Shown here one piece after another: positions 27,584-36,480 of a DNA stretch of 49,301 nucleotides (its first letter is position 1; every line of letters begins with the position of its first letter). The DNA is from Eubacteriales bacterium. Its GTDB lineage: Bacteria > Bacillota > Clostridia > Oscillospirales > UBA644. The stretch is taken from assembly GCA_045637625.1 (NCBI GenBank), contig JAZTZU010000062.1:1-49301 (forward strand), read 5' to 3'. Position numbers and translations under genes: made by a program. The notes beneath the pieces are model-generated. The model was not told where the DNA came from and searched no databases. It saw nothing but the letters and a program-made list of their open reading frames with translations.

Positions 27584-28342
27584 CTATTTGTTTTCTTCAT
27601 TCAAAAGGTAACCGAGCATTCTTTCAGGAGCATCAAGAAAACTTTTTGTTACCTGATAGTGTTCGGTTTCTTTATAACTAACTTTATTTATTCCGTTTTG
27701 AGAAAACTCAAGTATTTCAGCATCGGGAAAAGCCATCAGAATCGGCGAATGCGTTGCGATTATAAACTGTGAATCTTTTTTTACGAGATAGTCTATTTCA
27801 GCCATAAGTGTCAAAAGTCTCATTGGCGAGAGCGCAGCTTCGGGTTCATCTAAAATATATAATCCCCTTCCTCCGAATCGGTTTTTCACAATGGACAAAA
27901 AACTTTCTCCGTGGGACTGATTGTGTAGTGAAACTCCTCCATAGCTGTCTATTATTTTACCTCCATAAGACGGAACGCTGTCCAGTTCATCCAGATTTGT
28001 TGCAACATTGTAAAGACTTTCTGCGCGTAAAAAGAATCCATCTTTAGGATAATTGCGTTTTATGACTGTAAGATGTTCCCACAGCTCAGAATGGGTTGAG
28101 TTCGTTGAGAAATTGAAGTTGACAGATCCTCCCTCAGGATTGAACCCGTAGGCTACAGCAATGGCTTCAAGCAATGTGGACTTCCCTGTTCCGTTTTCTC
28201 CGACGAAAAAAGTTACATTCTTTGTAAACTTGATATTTTCATGTTCTGTCAGATGTTTTATTACCGGTAATTTTTGAAGATAAGATGTTTTGTTTATTCT
28301 TTTATCAAATCGGATCTCGCTTATATATTCAGAGGTCAACAT
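27584..28342 (-). CDS. Stand-alone ABC-fold ATPase (AAA_21-like; no transmembrane or partner domain)
   Basis: Walker A VGENGTGKST, Q-loop, signature-like SHGESF, Walker B LYILDEPEAALS and H-loop IIATHSP in 252 aa. Confidence 0.75.
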   Translation of the reverse strand: MLTSEYISEIRFDKRINKTSYLQKLPVIKHLTEHENIKFTKNVTFFVGENGTGKSTLLEAIAVAYGFNPEGGSVNFNFSTNSTHSELWEHLTVIKRNYPKDGFFLRAESLYNVATNLDELDSVPSYGGKIIDSYGGVSLHNQSHGESFLSIVKNRFGGRGLYILDEPEAALSPMRLLTLMAEIDYLVKKDSQFIIATHSPILMAFPDAEILEFSQNGINKVSYKETEHYQVTKSFLDAPERMLGYLLNEENK

Positions 28343-28372
28343 TTCAGTTCGTCTCCAACATATAGTTGCTAT

Positions 28373-29164
28373 TTATTTGTATTGTATTGATGTATTTATG
28401 AATCCTACGGTTTTAAAATCTTCCGGGTTGTGACGAATGATGTAGTCAATATAGGAATCTATCATTTTTGCTGTAAAGATGTACCCGGCAGGGCTCATAT
28501 GTCCGTACAGGAAAAAAGATTCCTCAAATTTTTTATCGTATACGGGACCGTATTCATAAAGATCTATCACATATGCATTTTCAAAGTATTCAGCCATTTT
28601 CCTTATTGCGTTGTTGAGGTTTAAGGCTCTTTCCTGGCGGTCCTTATCTCTTCTTGGCTCTTTAGGTACTGTTACGAAGAAGAATTTTGCATCAGGGCTG
28701 ATTTCTTTATATCTGCTTACGATGTGAGCATAGTTTCCTGTGAATGTCTGATTGTTTTTTCTATAGTCATTTTCGTTGATGTCTGAAATTGAGCCAACAT
28801 CCATATTGCAGTTCAGAACATCGTTTACACCCAAGGCTATAACATAAGCCTGACAGGCTTTCTCTGCGTCCCACATGTTGTTGTTCTCTGCGAAGCTTGA
28901 GATGTATTCACCTGCAGTCATTCCTCCTCTTGAGAAGTTGTAGGCTGTCAGACCATTCTTTCTTGCAATGTACTGACCCCATGAATATTCGTAAAGGTCA
29001 TGGTATCCAGGCTTTCCTTCGGTGTCTCTCGTTTCAAATTCTCCGGAAGAGAGGCTGTCTCCTATAAATGCTATTTTTCTGAATATAGATGTGTAACTGT
29101 ATCCTTCAACAAACTTATCAAGAGGTCTTTCGTTTTTGTTGTAAAGTTCTTTAAGCCAATTCAT
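28373..29164 (-). CDS. SGNH/GDSL hydrolase (lipase/acylesterase)
   Basis: Block I FIGDSLSSG, GxND-type block III (ALGVNDV), C-terminal DxxH-like block. Confidence 0.75.
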   Translation of the reverse strand: MNWLKELYNKNERPLDKFVEGYSYTSIFRKIAFIGDSLSSGEFETRDTEGKPGYHDLYEYSWGQYIARKNGLTAYNFSRGGMTAGEYISSFAENNNMWDAEKACQAYVIALGVNDVLNCNMDVGSISDINENDYRKNNQTFTGNYAHIVSRYKEISPDAKFFFVTVPKEPRRDKDRQERALNLNNAIRKMAEYFENAYVIDLYEYGPVYDKKFEESFFLYGHMSPAGYIFTAKMIDSYIDYIIRHNPEDFKTVGFINTSIQYK

Positions 29165-29177
29165 TTTTAAATCTCCT

Positions 29178-29540
29178 TTATAATTCGTTTGCTTTTTTTA
29201 TAGCTTTTGATAATTCTATTCTGATTTTATTGCAGTTGTATTTCAGCAATTCATACTTTACGGTATTTATAAGTTCTGCTTCAAAAATAACATTGAGCCA
29301 GTAAAGTGTTTCGTTTGCTTTATTCATTGATTCCGAAAGTTCTGAAATAAAATCTTCTGCATCAAAAGCACCTTTTGACCGTGATATTTTAGCGGCCATG
29401 GTGGTTCCGCTGAGAGCCAGCCACTCTGCAAGAGAATCTTGTTTCTTTGCCTTTAAATCTTCTGCCAATTTTATGATTTTAACTGAAAATTTGGTTGCGA
29501 TGTTTTCAAGTTCCGCCAATGTCATTTCATTAAACCCCAT
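29178..29540 (-). CDS. Four-helix-bundle protein (TIGR02436-like / 23S rRNA IVS protein family), start uncertain
   Basis: ~120-aa all-helical protein (NETLYWLNV). The ORF-track N-terminus is unlikely; internal Met starts lack a strong Shine-Dalgarno sequence. Confidence 0.45.
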   Translation of the reverse strand: MGFNEMTLAELENIATKFSVKIIKLAEDLKAKKQDSLAEWLALSGTTMAAKISRSKGAFDAEDFISELSESMNKANETLYWLNVIFEAELINTVKYELLKYNCNKIRIELSKAIKKANEL

Positions 29541-29705
29541 TTGCTGTTTTATTATAAAAACTTTAGTTGTTTCCTTTATTATAGCATAAAAAAAATTGGA
29601 AGTCAATAGTTTTTCTCTATATTGTCAGCATAAAGTATCTTTTTTCTGACTATTTATGTTAGCCTGAAAAATCAAGCCGTGAGCCGCCTGCATATCCATA
29701 AATAT

Positions 29706-29745
29706 AAAGAGACGACCCTTTGAAAAATCGTCTCCTCTTTTATAT
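29706..29745. terminator. Intrinsic terminator downstream of niaR
   Basis: gagacga (29709-15) / tcgtctc (29728-34) with flanking T-rich runs on both strands. Confidence 0.5.
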
Positions 29746-29758
29746 GTGTTTGTTTTCT

Positions 29759-30271
29759 TTATATTTCGGGTACAATATACTTTCTGTTGTTAAGTTCTTG
29801 TTCTATACGGTCTAATACGACTTCGTTTTCAGCCCGAATGGTATGATAATGATATCCTCCTGTGATATTCATCAACTCAGAGGACTTTCCTGTTCTGACA
29901 CCTTCCATAAATTGTCTTACGTGCATCGGGGAAAATATATTTAAAGCAGCTTCTATCTTTCCGTATACTTTATGCCATACAAATACATCCACTACTGTAC
30001 CTCCAAGATCTACAATGCAGGAAAGTTCATCTTCCGTTTGCTCTGTCGTATGCTTTAATTTGAAGACTCTTTCAGCAAGAGGCGTTTTTTGCATAACATA
30101 ACCCTGGTTCGTGGAAAGTATTTCGTACCCTGTTCCTTTCAGAACGGAAATATCCTGCACTATGATTTGACGGGATATGTTGAACTTTTCTGCAAGCTCA
30201 CTGCCTGAAACCGGTTCTTTTGTTGATAAAAGTAAGTTTACTATTCCTTTTCTTCGTTCTGATACTTTCAT
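29759..30271 (-). CDS. niaR: NiaR (YrxA) niacin-responsive transcriptional repressor of NAD biosynthesis (HTH + 3H domain)
   Basis: SRQIIVQDISVLKG / NQGYV HTH region and 3H-domain histidines (HYHTI), closely paralleling Bacillus YrxA. Confidence 0.85.
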   Translation of the reverse strand: MKVSERRKGIVNLLLSTKEPVSGSELAEKFNISRQIIVQDISVLKGTGYEILSTNQGYVMQKTPLAERVFKLKHTTEQTEDELSCIVDLGGTVVDVFVWHKVYGKIEAALNIFSPMHVRQFMEGVRTGKSSELMNITGGYHYHTIRAENEVVLDRIEQELNNRKYIVPEI

Positions 30272-30280
30272 AATTCCTCC

Positions 30281-31132
30281 TTATATTGCATGGAGATTTT
30301 TTAACGAAAGATCCAGAATCGGTGAAGAGTGTGTCAGTGCACCGCTGGAGATATAATCAACTCCTATATCTGTGAGGCGTGCAACGTTTTCTCTTGTTAC
30401 GTTTCCACTGCATTCGGTTTCAGCTTTACCGTGACAAAGTTCAACCGCTTTTTTCATGTCGCTTATGCTCATATTATCAAGCATGATGATATCTGCACCG
30501 GCTTCGAGGGCTTCATTCAGCATATCCAGATTTTCGACCTCGATCTCAATTTTTCTTACGAAGGGAGCGTACTCTTTTGCCATTCTTACAGCTTCTTTTA
30601 CTCCGCCTGCAGCCCCGATATGGTTATCTTTCAGAAGAATACCGTCGCTGAGATTATATCTGTGGTTATAACCTCCGCCTACTTTGACAGAATATTTTTC
30701 AAAGATTCTCATGTTCGGAGTTGTTTTTCTTGTATCGAGCAGCTTTGTTTTTGTACCCTTGAGGAGGTCTGCGATTTCTCTTGTATATGTTGCGATGCCG
30801 CTCATTCTTTGCAGATAGTTCAAAGCCGTTCTTTCGCCTGAAAGGAGAACTCGGATGTCTCCGCGTACGAGACCTATTTTTTCTCCGTTCTTCACTGTGT
30901 CACCGTCTTTGCAATAAAAAATTACTTCAGTTTTTTCATCGAGGAGCTCAAATACTCTCTTGAATACTTCGAGGCCGGCAATCACTCCGTCCTGCTTGCA
31001 GATAAGGTCAACTTCTCCTGCCTGATAATGAGGCATTACAGAATTTGTAGTAATATCCTCGCTTGTTATATCCTCTCTGAGTGCCTGTAAAATCAGCTCG
31101 TCAGCATTCATTTTCATTGTAATATTATTCAT
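30281..31132 (-). CDS. nadC: Nicotinate-nucleotide pyrophosphorylase (carboxylating), quinolinate phosphoribosyltransferase
   Basis: QPRTase fold motifs (LDNM, GADIIMLDN); position in the nad operon. Confidence 0.9.
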   Translation of the reverse strand: MNNITMKMNADELILQALREDITSEDITTNSVMPHYQAGEVDLICKQDGVIAGLEVFKRVFELLDEKTEVIFYCKDGDTVKNGEKIGLVRGDIRVLLSGERTALNYLQRMSGIATYTREIADLLKGTKTKLLDTRKTTPNMRIFEKYSVKVGGGYNHRYNLSDGILLKDNHIGAAGGVKEAVRMAKEYAPFVRKIEIEVENLDMLNEALEAGADIIMLDNMSISDMKKAVELCHGKAETECSGNVTRENVARLTDIGVDYISSGALTHSSPILDLSLKNLHAI

Positions 31133-32402
31133 GGCTCAATCTCTCCTTTTCAATTGCAGTGAGAACTGCTTCTTTATATTCTTCTTTATAGTTTATATAT
31201 TTTGATTTATCAATCATGATTTCTTCATCTGTTGTTATTGGGGTGTATCCGTCTGTTATATGGCGTGCAGCACGTTTTGCAAATACAAGGCTTTCAAGCA
31301 GAGAATTACTTGCCAGGCGATTTCTTCCATGAACTCCGTTGCAAGCAGTTTCTCCTGCAGCGTACAGCCGATCCATTGAAGTCTTGCTGTATCTGTCAAC
31401 ATCTATACCACCCATAAAATAATGCTGAGATGGAACGACAGGTATAGGTTCTTTTGTTATGTCGTATCCTTCGTCAAGACATTTCTGGTAGATATTGGGA
31501 AAATGTGTCCTTATCTCCGATTCGGGAATTGGAGCAAGTGAAAGCCATACATGCTTACTTCCCTCTTTTTTCATTTCCTCAAATATCGCATTTGCAACCA
31601 CATCCCGAGGTAAAAGCTCGTTGACGAATCTTTCTCCTTTCGAGTTCAGAAGGATAGCACCCTCTCCCCGTACAGATTCTGATATCAGGAATTCTCTGTT
31701 ACCTTCCTTTTCGGTATAAAGTGTTGTTGGGTGAATCTGAATATAGTCGAGGTGTTGTAGCTTGATATTGTATTTAAGTGCCAGAGCTATAGCGTCCCCT
31801 GTAAGATGTTTGTAATTTGTTGAATGCTCAAAAATTCCTCCGATACCACCCGTTGCGAGAACTGTATAATCTGCTTGAATTGCTGAGTATTCAGAGTCTT
31901 CGTTATGACCTATGATTCCGTGACATTCTCCGTCCTTGCAGATCAGATCAACCATTGTGTAGTTTTCAATTATTGTGATATTTTCTCTTGTTTTTGCCGT
32001 GTCTAAAAGATGTGAAGTTATTTCTTTTCCTGTTTCGTCTTCATGGAACAGTATTCTCGGATGTGAATGAGCGCCTTCTCTTGTGTATGTAAACTCTTTA
32101 CCATTTTTCTCAAACCTGACACCGAATGATTCAAGATCTGAAATTACTTCCTGGGAAGAGTGGATCATAATGTGAACGGAATCAGGATTGTTTTCATAAT
32201 GCCCCGCCTTCATTGTGTCCTCGTAGAAAGAATCGTAGTCATCTTCATCGCGTAAAACGCAGATTCCTCCTTGAGCAAGAAACGAGTCACTTCTTCTCGC
32301 CTTGTTCTTTGTTACTACGATAATGTTTTTGTCTTCAGGAAGGTTTAATGCGCAGTATAGTCCTGCAACGCCGCTTCCGACGATTAAAATATCTGTTTTC
32401 AT
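31125..32402 (-). CDS. nadB: L-aspartate oxidase (short form)
   Basis: FAD-binding N-terminus DILIVGSGVAGL and flavoprotein motifs. 425 aa; 8-nt overlap with nadC. Confidence 0.9.
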   Translation of the reverse strand: MKTDILIVGSGVAGLYCALNLPEDKNIIVVTKNKARRSDSFLAQGGICVLRDEDDYDSFYEDTMKAGHYENNPDSVHIMIHSSQEVISDLESFGVRFEKNGKEFTYTREGAHSHPRILFHEDETGKEITSHLLDTAKTRENITIIENYTMVDLICKDGECHGIIGHNEDSEYSAIQADYTVLATGGIGGIFEHSTNYKHLTGDAIALALKYNIKLQHLDYIQIHPTTLYTEKEGNREFLISESVRGEGAILLNSKGERFVNELLPRDVVANAIFEEMKKEGSKHVWLSLAPIPESEIRTHFPNIYQKCLDEGYDITKEPIPVVPSQHYFMGGIDVDRYSKTSMDRLYAAGETACNGVHGRNRLASNSLLESLVFAKRAARHITDGYTPITTDEEIMIDKSKYINYKEEYKEAVLTAIEKERLSHE

Positions 32403-32406
32403 TTAA

Positions 32407-33318
32407 TTATCTCCCAAGTTCCAACATTCTGTCAAGTGGAATAAGTGCTTGTTTTCTCAATTCATCGTCTACAATAATTTCATTTTCTTCTGTTTTTAAG
32501 ATATGAAGTATTCTTTCAAGAGTATTGAGTTTCATATCGGTACAGCATGGTCTTGTTTCGGGAAAATAAAAGTTTTTTGATGGATTGTCGTTTTTAAGTT
32601 TAAATGCTACTCCATCTTCAGTGCAGATAATGAAGTCATTGTTGCTGCTTTGGGATGCATATGAAATGATTTCGGCAGTGCTTCCAATGTAATCAGACAT
32701 GGATAGAATTTCGGTTTCGCATTCGGGATGCGTCAGTATTAAAGCTTGCGGGTTTTTCTGTTTTACGGAAGTTACCTCTTTGGAGGAGATTTTAGCATGA
32801 ATGGGACAATATCCGTCATTCAGGATTATATTTTTCTCTGGAACTTGTTTTGAGACAAAACTTCCGAGATTTTTATCGGGAATGAAGAATATGTTTTTAT
32901 TGGGCAGAGCTTTAACTATCGAAACAGCGTTTGAAGAAGTGACGCAAACATCGCTTTGTGCTTTCAGTTCAGCTGTGGAGTTGATATAGCAAACTACTGC
33001 AAGATCTTCGTACTTCGTTCTCATTTCTTCAATTTTTCCATTTGCAACCATGTGTGCCATCGGGCAGTCTGCCGTGACATCCGGCATCAGAACTTTTTTG
33101 GTCGGGTTAAGGATTTTCGCGCTTTCCCCCATAAAGTAAACGCCGCAGAAAACTATTATATCCGCAGTGCTTTTCTTTGCAATTTTTGCAAGATAAAAAG
33201 AGTCTCCTACATAATCTGCAATATCTTGGACTTCGTCAGGTGCGTAGTAGTGTGCCAGAATGACTGCATTTTTTTCTTCTTTTATTTTGTTGATCTGTTC
33301 TTTTATCTGATTGTTCAT
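32407..33318 (-). CDS. nadA: Quinolinate synthase A
   Basis: NadA motifs (ILAHYY, CPMAHM region, three Cys for the 4Fe-4S cluster). Start set at MNNQ (GAGGT ribosome-binding site), because the promoter -10 lies only ~5 nt upstream of the longer ORF start. Confidence 0.9.
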   Translation of the reverse strand: MNNQIKEQINKIKEEKNAVILAHYYAPDEVQDIADYVGDSFYLAKIAKKSTADIIVFCGVYFMGESAKILNPTKKVLMPDVTADCPMAHMVANGKIEEMRTKYEDLAVVCYINSTAELKAQSDVCVTSSNAVSIVKALPNKNIFFIPDKNLGSFVSKQVPEKNIILNDGYCPIHAKISSKEVTSVKQKNPQALILTHPECETEILSMSDYIGSTAEIISYASQSSNNDFIICTEDGVAFKLKNDNPSKNFYFPETRPCCTDMKLNTLERILHILKTEENEIIVDDELRKQALIPLDRMLELGR

Positions 33319-33353
33319 TTCTAACCTCGTGAATTTTAACATTTAACCCGGAT

Positions 33354-33382
33354 ATTATATCACATATTTTATCAGCTGTCAA
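33354..33382 (-). promoter_or_regulatory. Sigma-A-type promoter of the nadABC-niaR operon (TTGACA-17-TATAAT), likely overlapped by a NiaR operator
   Basis: Minus-strand reading cTTTACAgcaaacTTGACAgctgataaaatatgtgaTATAATatc; repeated ACAGC half-sites and a near-palindrome GATATAATATC across the -10. Confidence 0.5.
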
Positions 33383-33433
33383 GTTTGCTGTAAAGTTTTT
33401 TGAAATTATTTCATGTTGTGGTTTCTTTTTACG

Positions 33434-33464
33434 AAAAAATCCTCGGTATTATCCGAGGATTTTC
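33434..33464 (-). terminator. Intrinsic terminator of the upstream GDSL gene (bidirectional geometry)
   Basis: aatcctcgg (33438-46) / ccgaggatt (33453-61), A6 before and T-rich run after. Confidence 0.7.
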
Positions 33465-33470
33465 AAGTAA

Positions 33471-34412
33471 TCATATCAATGATCTTATCAGATTTTCTGC
33501 GTATTGGGTGTATCCGAGAGTGTTTGGATGTAAACGGTCTTCAATATAAAAGTCAGGGAGATTCGGAACAAGTGAAAGTCCGTTAATGTGTATAAATCCA
33601 TTCTCCTCAGCTGTTTTAATGAGTGTTTCTCTTGCGTTATCAAAGCTTCCCATACGTGCTGTCTGAGAATCTCTCCAGATTGGTGAGATATAATAGCAAG
33701 GAATTTGTTTGTAAGCTTCGGAAATAAGTCTCAGATGTTCATTAGCATTGGTTTTCAGTTCTTCAACTGTATTAAACAGATTGAAATCGTTTGTTCCAAG
33801 TGCGACAAAAACCATGTCGGGTTTAAAATCAAAAGTATCGAAAGATTCTTTGTTGAAGGTTGCGCCTCCTATGCCTTGAATAATACTTTCTGCATTAAAG
33901 AAGAAGGATGTTTTATATGCAAAAGAAAAGCTATCAAACTTTGTGTCCCAACCTTGAGTTATAGAGTCTCCGATGAATAGAAATTTTTTGTCAAAGCGAT
34001 GGGGGTAAACCGTTGCTCCGTCGGCAATTTCAATATATGAAATGACACCGATACTGTGCGATGGCAGAATTATGGTCACTCTGTGTGCGTTTGATGATCT
34101 TGGTTTATCTGAAAGTTTAAATTCAAATCTTGTCTTGTCGTTTGCATAGAACTGTTTCTCAAAAAATCCATCTATATAAAGCTCATATTTGCCTTTAGTT
34201 ATTGCTTCAAATGCAATATAGTCCGAAGATGTATGAAAATCAAGGCGGATTCCCGTTGTTGTTCTTACTCTTCTGCTGTAGCCGTCATCAATTTTATCAA
34301 AAAAACGAATCTGCTTTTCGGTACATTTGAAAAAATGATATCCGTCATCTTCATGGGTAATGTTTACGGTTCCAACCGTAATATTTCTGATTTCCTGTTC
34401 TGTGAGTCTCAT
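33471..34412 (-). CDS. SGNH/GDSL hydrolase with N-terminal beta-sandwich domain (carbohydrate esterase-like)
   Basis: FIGDSITQGW block I, ALGTNDF block III, DRLHPN block V. ~120-aa non-catalytic N-terminal domain. Confidence 0.75.
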   Translation of the reverse strand: MRLTEQEIRNITVGTVNITHEDDGYHFFKCTEKQIRFFDKIDDGYSRRVRTTTGIRLDFHTSSDYIAFEAITKGKYELYIDGFFEKQFYANDKTRFEFKLSDKPRSSNAHRVTIILPSHSIGVISYIEIADGATVYPHRFDKKFLFIGDSITQGWDTKFDSFSFAYKTSFFFNAESIIQGIGGATFNKESFDTFDFKPDMVFVALGTNDFNLFNTVEELKTNANEHLRLISEAYKQIPCYYISPIWRDSQTARMGSFDNARETLIKTAEENGFIHINGLSLVPNLPDFYIEDRLHPNTLGYTQYAENLIRSLI

Positions 34413-34575
34413 ATCTTTTCCTCTTTAAGCTTTTTATGTTAATTTTAATAATGGGTGGGAGCTATTTACAAAGGGTTTGTTTTTATATAAGCAAAAACAG
34501 TAGGTCAATAGCTACGGGAATTGCAAATTTTGTGCAACCGAGTTTTCCGTCAATGGCGAACTTATTGTTTTAAGT

Positions 34576-34612
34576 AAAAAATCCGAAATCACAAATGCGA
34601 TTTCGGATTTTA
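34576..34612 (-). terminator. Intrinsic terminator of the tRNA-Leu/tRNA-fMet transcript
   Basis: aaaatccgaaatc (34577-90) / gatttcggatttt (34599-611), A/T runs both sides, abuts the tRNA 3' end. Confidence 0.65.
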
Positions 34613-34689
<77 letters not shown>

Positions 34690-34714
34690 ATATTTAATTT
34701 TCCGGCTTCGGCAA

Positions 34715-34803
34715 TGGTGCCGGTGACCGGGCTTGAACCGGTACGAAACTCACGTTTCACGGGATTTTAAGTCCCGGGCGTCTGCCAATTCCGCCACACC
34801 GGC
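34715..34803 (-). tRNA. tRNA-Leu (anticodon TAA), type II with long variable arm, CCA encoded
   Basis: GCCGGTGTGGCGGAATTGGCAGACGCCCGGGACTTAAAATCCCGTGAAACGTGAGTTTCGTACCGGTTCAAGCCCGGTCACCGGCACCA. Anticodon loop CTTAAAA. Confidence 0.9.
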
Positions 34804-34831
34804 AGATTTGCATCACACTTAATGCTCGTAT

Positions 34832-34860
34832 ATTATACCACATGTTTTTCCGTTTGTCAA
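34832..34860 (-). promoter_or_regulatory. Promoter of the tRNA pair (-35 TTGACA, 17 nt, extended -10 TGGTATAAT)
   Basis: Consensus hexamers ~30 nt upstream of the tRNA-Leu 5' end. Confidence 0.55.
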
Positions 34861-34995
34861 TCCCTAAATTGAAAATGACACAATTAGTTCGTAAACTGGT
34901 TTTTAAGAGTTGATGTTCCCTGAAAAATCAAGCGGAGAGTTTTGTGAATTCAACTATAGGTTGGAAAAAGTTTGTTAAATTCAAAAAATCCACTA

Positions 34996-35024
34996 TTGCA
35001 AGTTGAGTTAATTTGTGCTATAAT
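34996..35024 (+). promoter_or_regulatory. Promoter of the XRE regulator gene (TTGCAA-17-TGnTATAAT)
   Basis: ttgcaagttgagttaatttgtgctataat ~60 nt upstream of the ATG with a GGAG ribosome-binding site. Confidence 0.5.
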
Positions 35025-35082
35025 ATAATCATGAAACAGCTGTTTGGAAAACTAAATCAAATAATTTAAGGAGTAAATTGAA

Positions 35083-35895
35083 ATGCTTGACATGAAAACA
35101 TTTGGCGAAAAACTCAGAAATCACAGGAAAAACCTTAATTTGACCCAAGAGCAAGTAGCGGAAAAGATCGGAGTTTCGGGACAAGCTGTTTCAAAATGGG
35201 AGTCGGGCGACTGTCTGCCTGATTGCTTCAATTTGAAAGCTCTCGGAGATGTTTATGGAATTTCTCTTGATATTTTATTGGAAACTTCAATTTGTGATGA
35301 TATTGATGTCATTGCGGCAAAGATAGAACAGCTTGGAGATGAATTTGTTTGGTCAAAAGCTTCAAGAAATGAACCTTATGCTCACAGAGATTTAGGCGAA
35401 GACCTTTGGAAGATGTGGAAGGGGCTTTATTTTATTGAGGTGGGAAATAAAGAATTCCAAGAACGTGATAAGAATAACGGAAATCTTCGTATCTGTAGTG
35501 ATTACGGGATGAAAATTTGGGATGAGGATGGCGTTGCTTGCATTGTTAAATCCTCAATCAAGGATAATATTTCAGATGTAAAAGCTGATACTTTGCACCT
35601 AATGCGAGAAATGTGTTCAGAAGATTGTTTTAAATTGATTTCCATACTTGACGCTTTTGAGATTTTGTCTAAGTCAGAGATTTCAGAAAAGCTCGAAATC
35701 GACCCCAACCGTCTTAACGAACTTTTGCTTTATCTTATGGAAAATAAAATAATTGAATTTGTCTCTTCCGTAAAGAAAAGCGGCTATAAAATACATTCTC
35801 ATGTTGGAATATCTGCATATATGATTTTAGCTATTGCAAGGATTATTTCGAAGCCATGCTATTCGGTCAGCGAATATGTGAAAAATTACAACTGA
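35083..35895 (+). CDS. XRE-family HTH transcriptional regulator with a ~200-aa C-terminal domain of unknown function
   Basis: N-terminal Cro/C1 HTH LTQEQVAEKIGVSGQAVSKWESGDCLPD. Confidence 0.7.
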   Translation: MLDMKTFGEKLRNHRKNLNLTQEQVAEKIGVSGQAVSKWESGDCLPDCFNLKALGDVYGISLDILLETSICDDIDVIAAKIEQLGDEFVWSKASRNEPYAHRDLGEDLWKMWKGLYFIEVGNKEFQERDKNNGNLRICSDYGMKIWDEDGVACIVKSSIKDNISDVKADTLHLMREMCSEDCFKLISILDAFEILSKSEISEKLEIDPNRLNELLLYLMENKIIEFVSSVKKSGYKIHSHVGISAYMILAIARIISKPCYSVSEYVKNYN

Positions 35896-35934
35896 ATTTA
35901 TTAGTGAAAAAGCGGTCGTTGGGTCGCTTTTCAC

Positions 35935-35963
35935 TTGACATTTAATATAAAATGTAGTATAAT
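35935..35963 (+). promoter_or_regulatory. Sigma-A-type promoter (TTGACA-17-TATAAT) of the glycosylase-zupT operon
   Basis: Perfect hexamers 32 nt upstream of the ATG. Preceded by a hairpin (35904-35934) that may terminate the XRE gene. Confidence 0.5.
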
Positions 35964-35994
35964 AATTTCAGTAAAACTCAATGAGAGGTAAGAT

Positions 35995-36474
35995 ATGATT
36001 ATACATCCTATTTCGCCTGTATATGATTCAAATTCAAAAGTTTTGATTTTAGGCAGTTTTCCTTCGGTAAAATCTCGGGAAGTCGGGTTTTTCTACGGAC
36101 ATCCTCAAAACAGGTTTTGGAAAGTTACAGCATCTGTATTCGGTAAAGATATTCCGATTACGATAGAAGAAAAACGGAAATTCCTACTTAAATCCGGAAT
36201 CGCTGTCTGGGACGTTATTGCGTCATGTGATATCGTCGGAAGTTCAGATAGCTCAATAAAAAATGTGGTTCCGAACGATTTGAACTTTATTCTTAAAAAG
36301 GCGAATATCAAACAGATTTTTGTGAACGGGAAAACCGCTGAAAAATATTATAATAAATATATTTTGCCGTCTTTGGGCCAGATTGCAATTTGTTTGCCAT
36401 CAACCTCCCCTGCAAATGCGGCGTGGTCATTGGATAAGCTTATTGATTATTGGAAAATTATAGATATGAGGTAA
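35995..36474 (+). CDS. DNA-deoxyinosine (hypoxanthine) glycosylase-like, UDG superfamily family 6
   Basis: 159 aa. N-terminal LILGSFPS motif and overall size fit the small HDG-type glycosylases. GAGAGGT ribosome-binding site. Confidence 0.6.
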   Translation: MIIHPISPVYDSNSKVLILGSFPSVKSREVGFFYGHPQNRFWKVTASVFGKDIPITIEEKRKFLLKSGIAVWDVIASCDIVGSSDSSIKNVVPNDLNFILKKANIKQIFVNGKTAEKYYNKYILPSLGQIAICLPSTSPANAAWSLDKLIDYWKIIDMR

Positions 36475-36480
36475 TTTAAA

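Noticed and set aside
26707-29606. Possibility that the recombinase-adjacent esterase/ATPase operon is a mobile island or prophage remnant
   Set aside because: There are no flanking direct repeats, no tRNA at the boundary, no phage, transposase or plasmid genes, and nucleotide composition is uniform with neighbours. The ATPase oddity is kept as a finding, but the island hypothesis is dropped.
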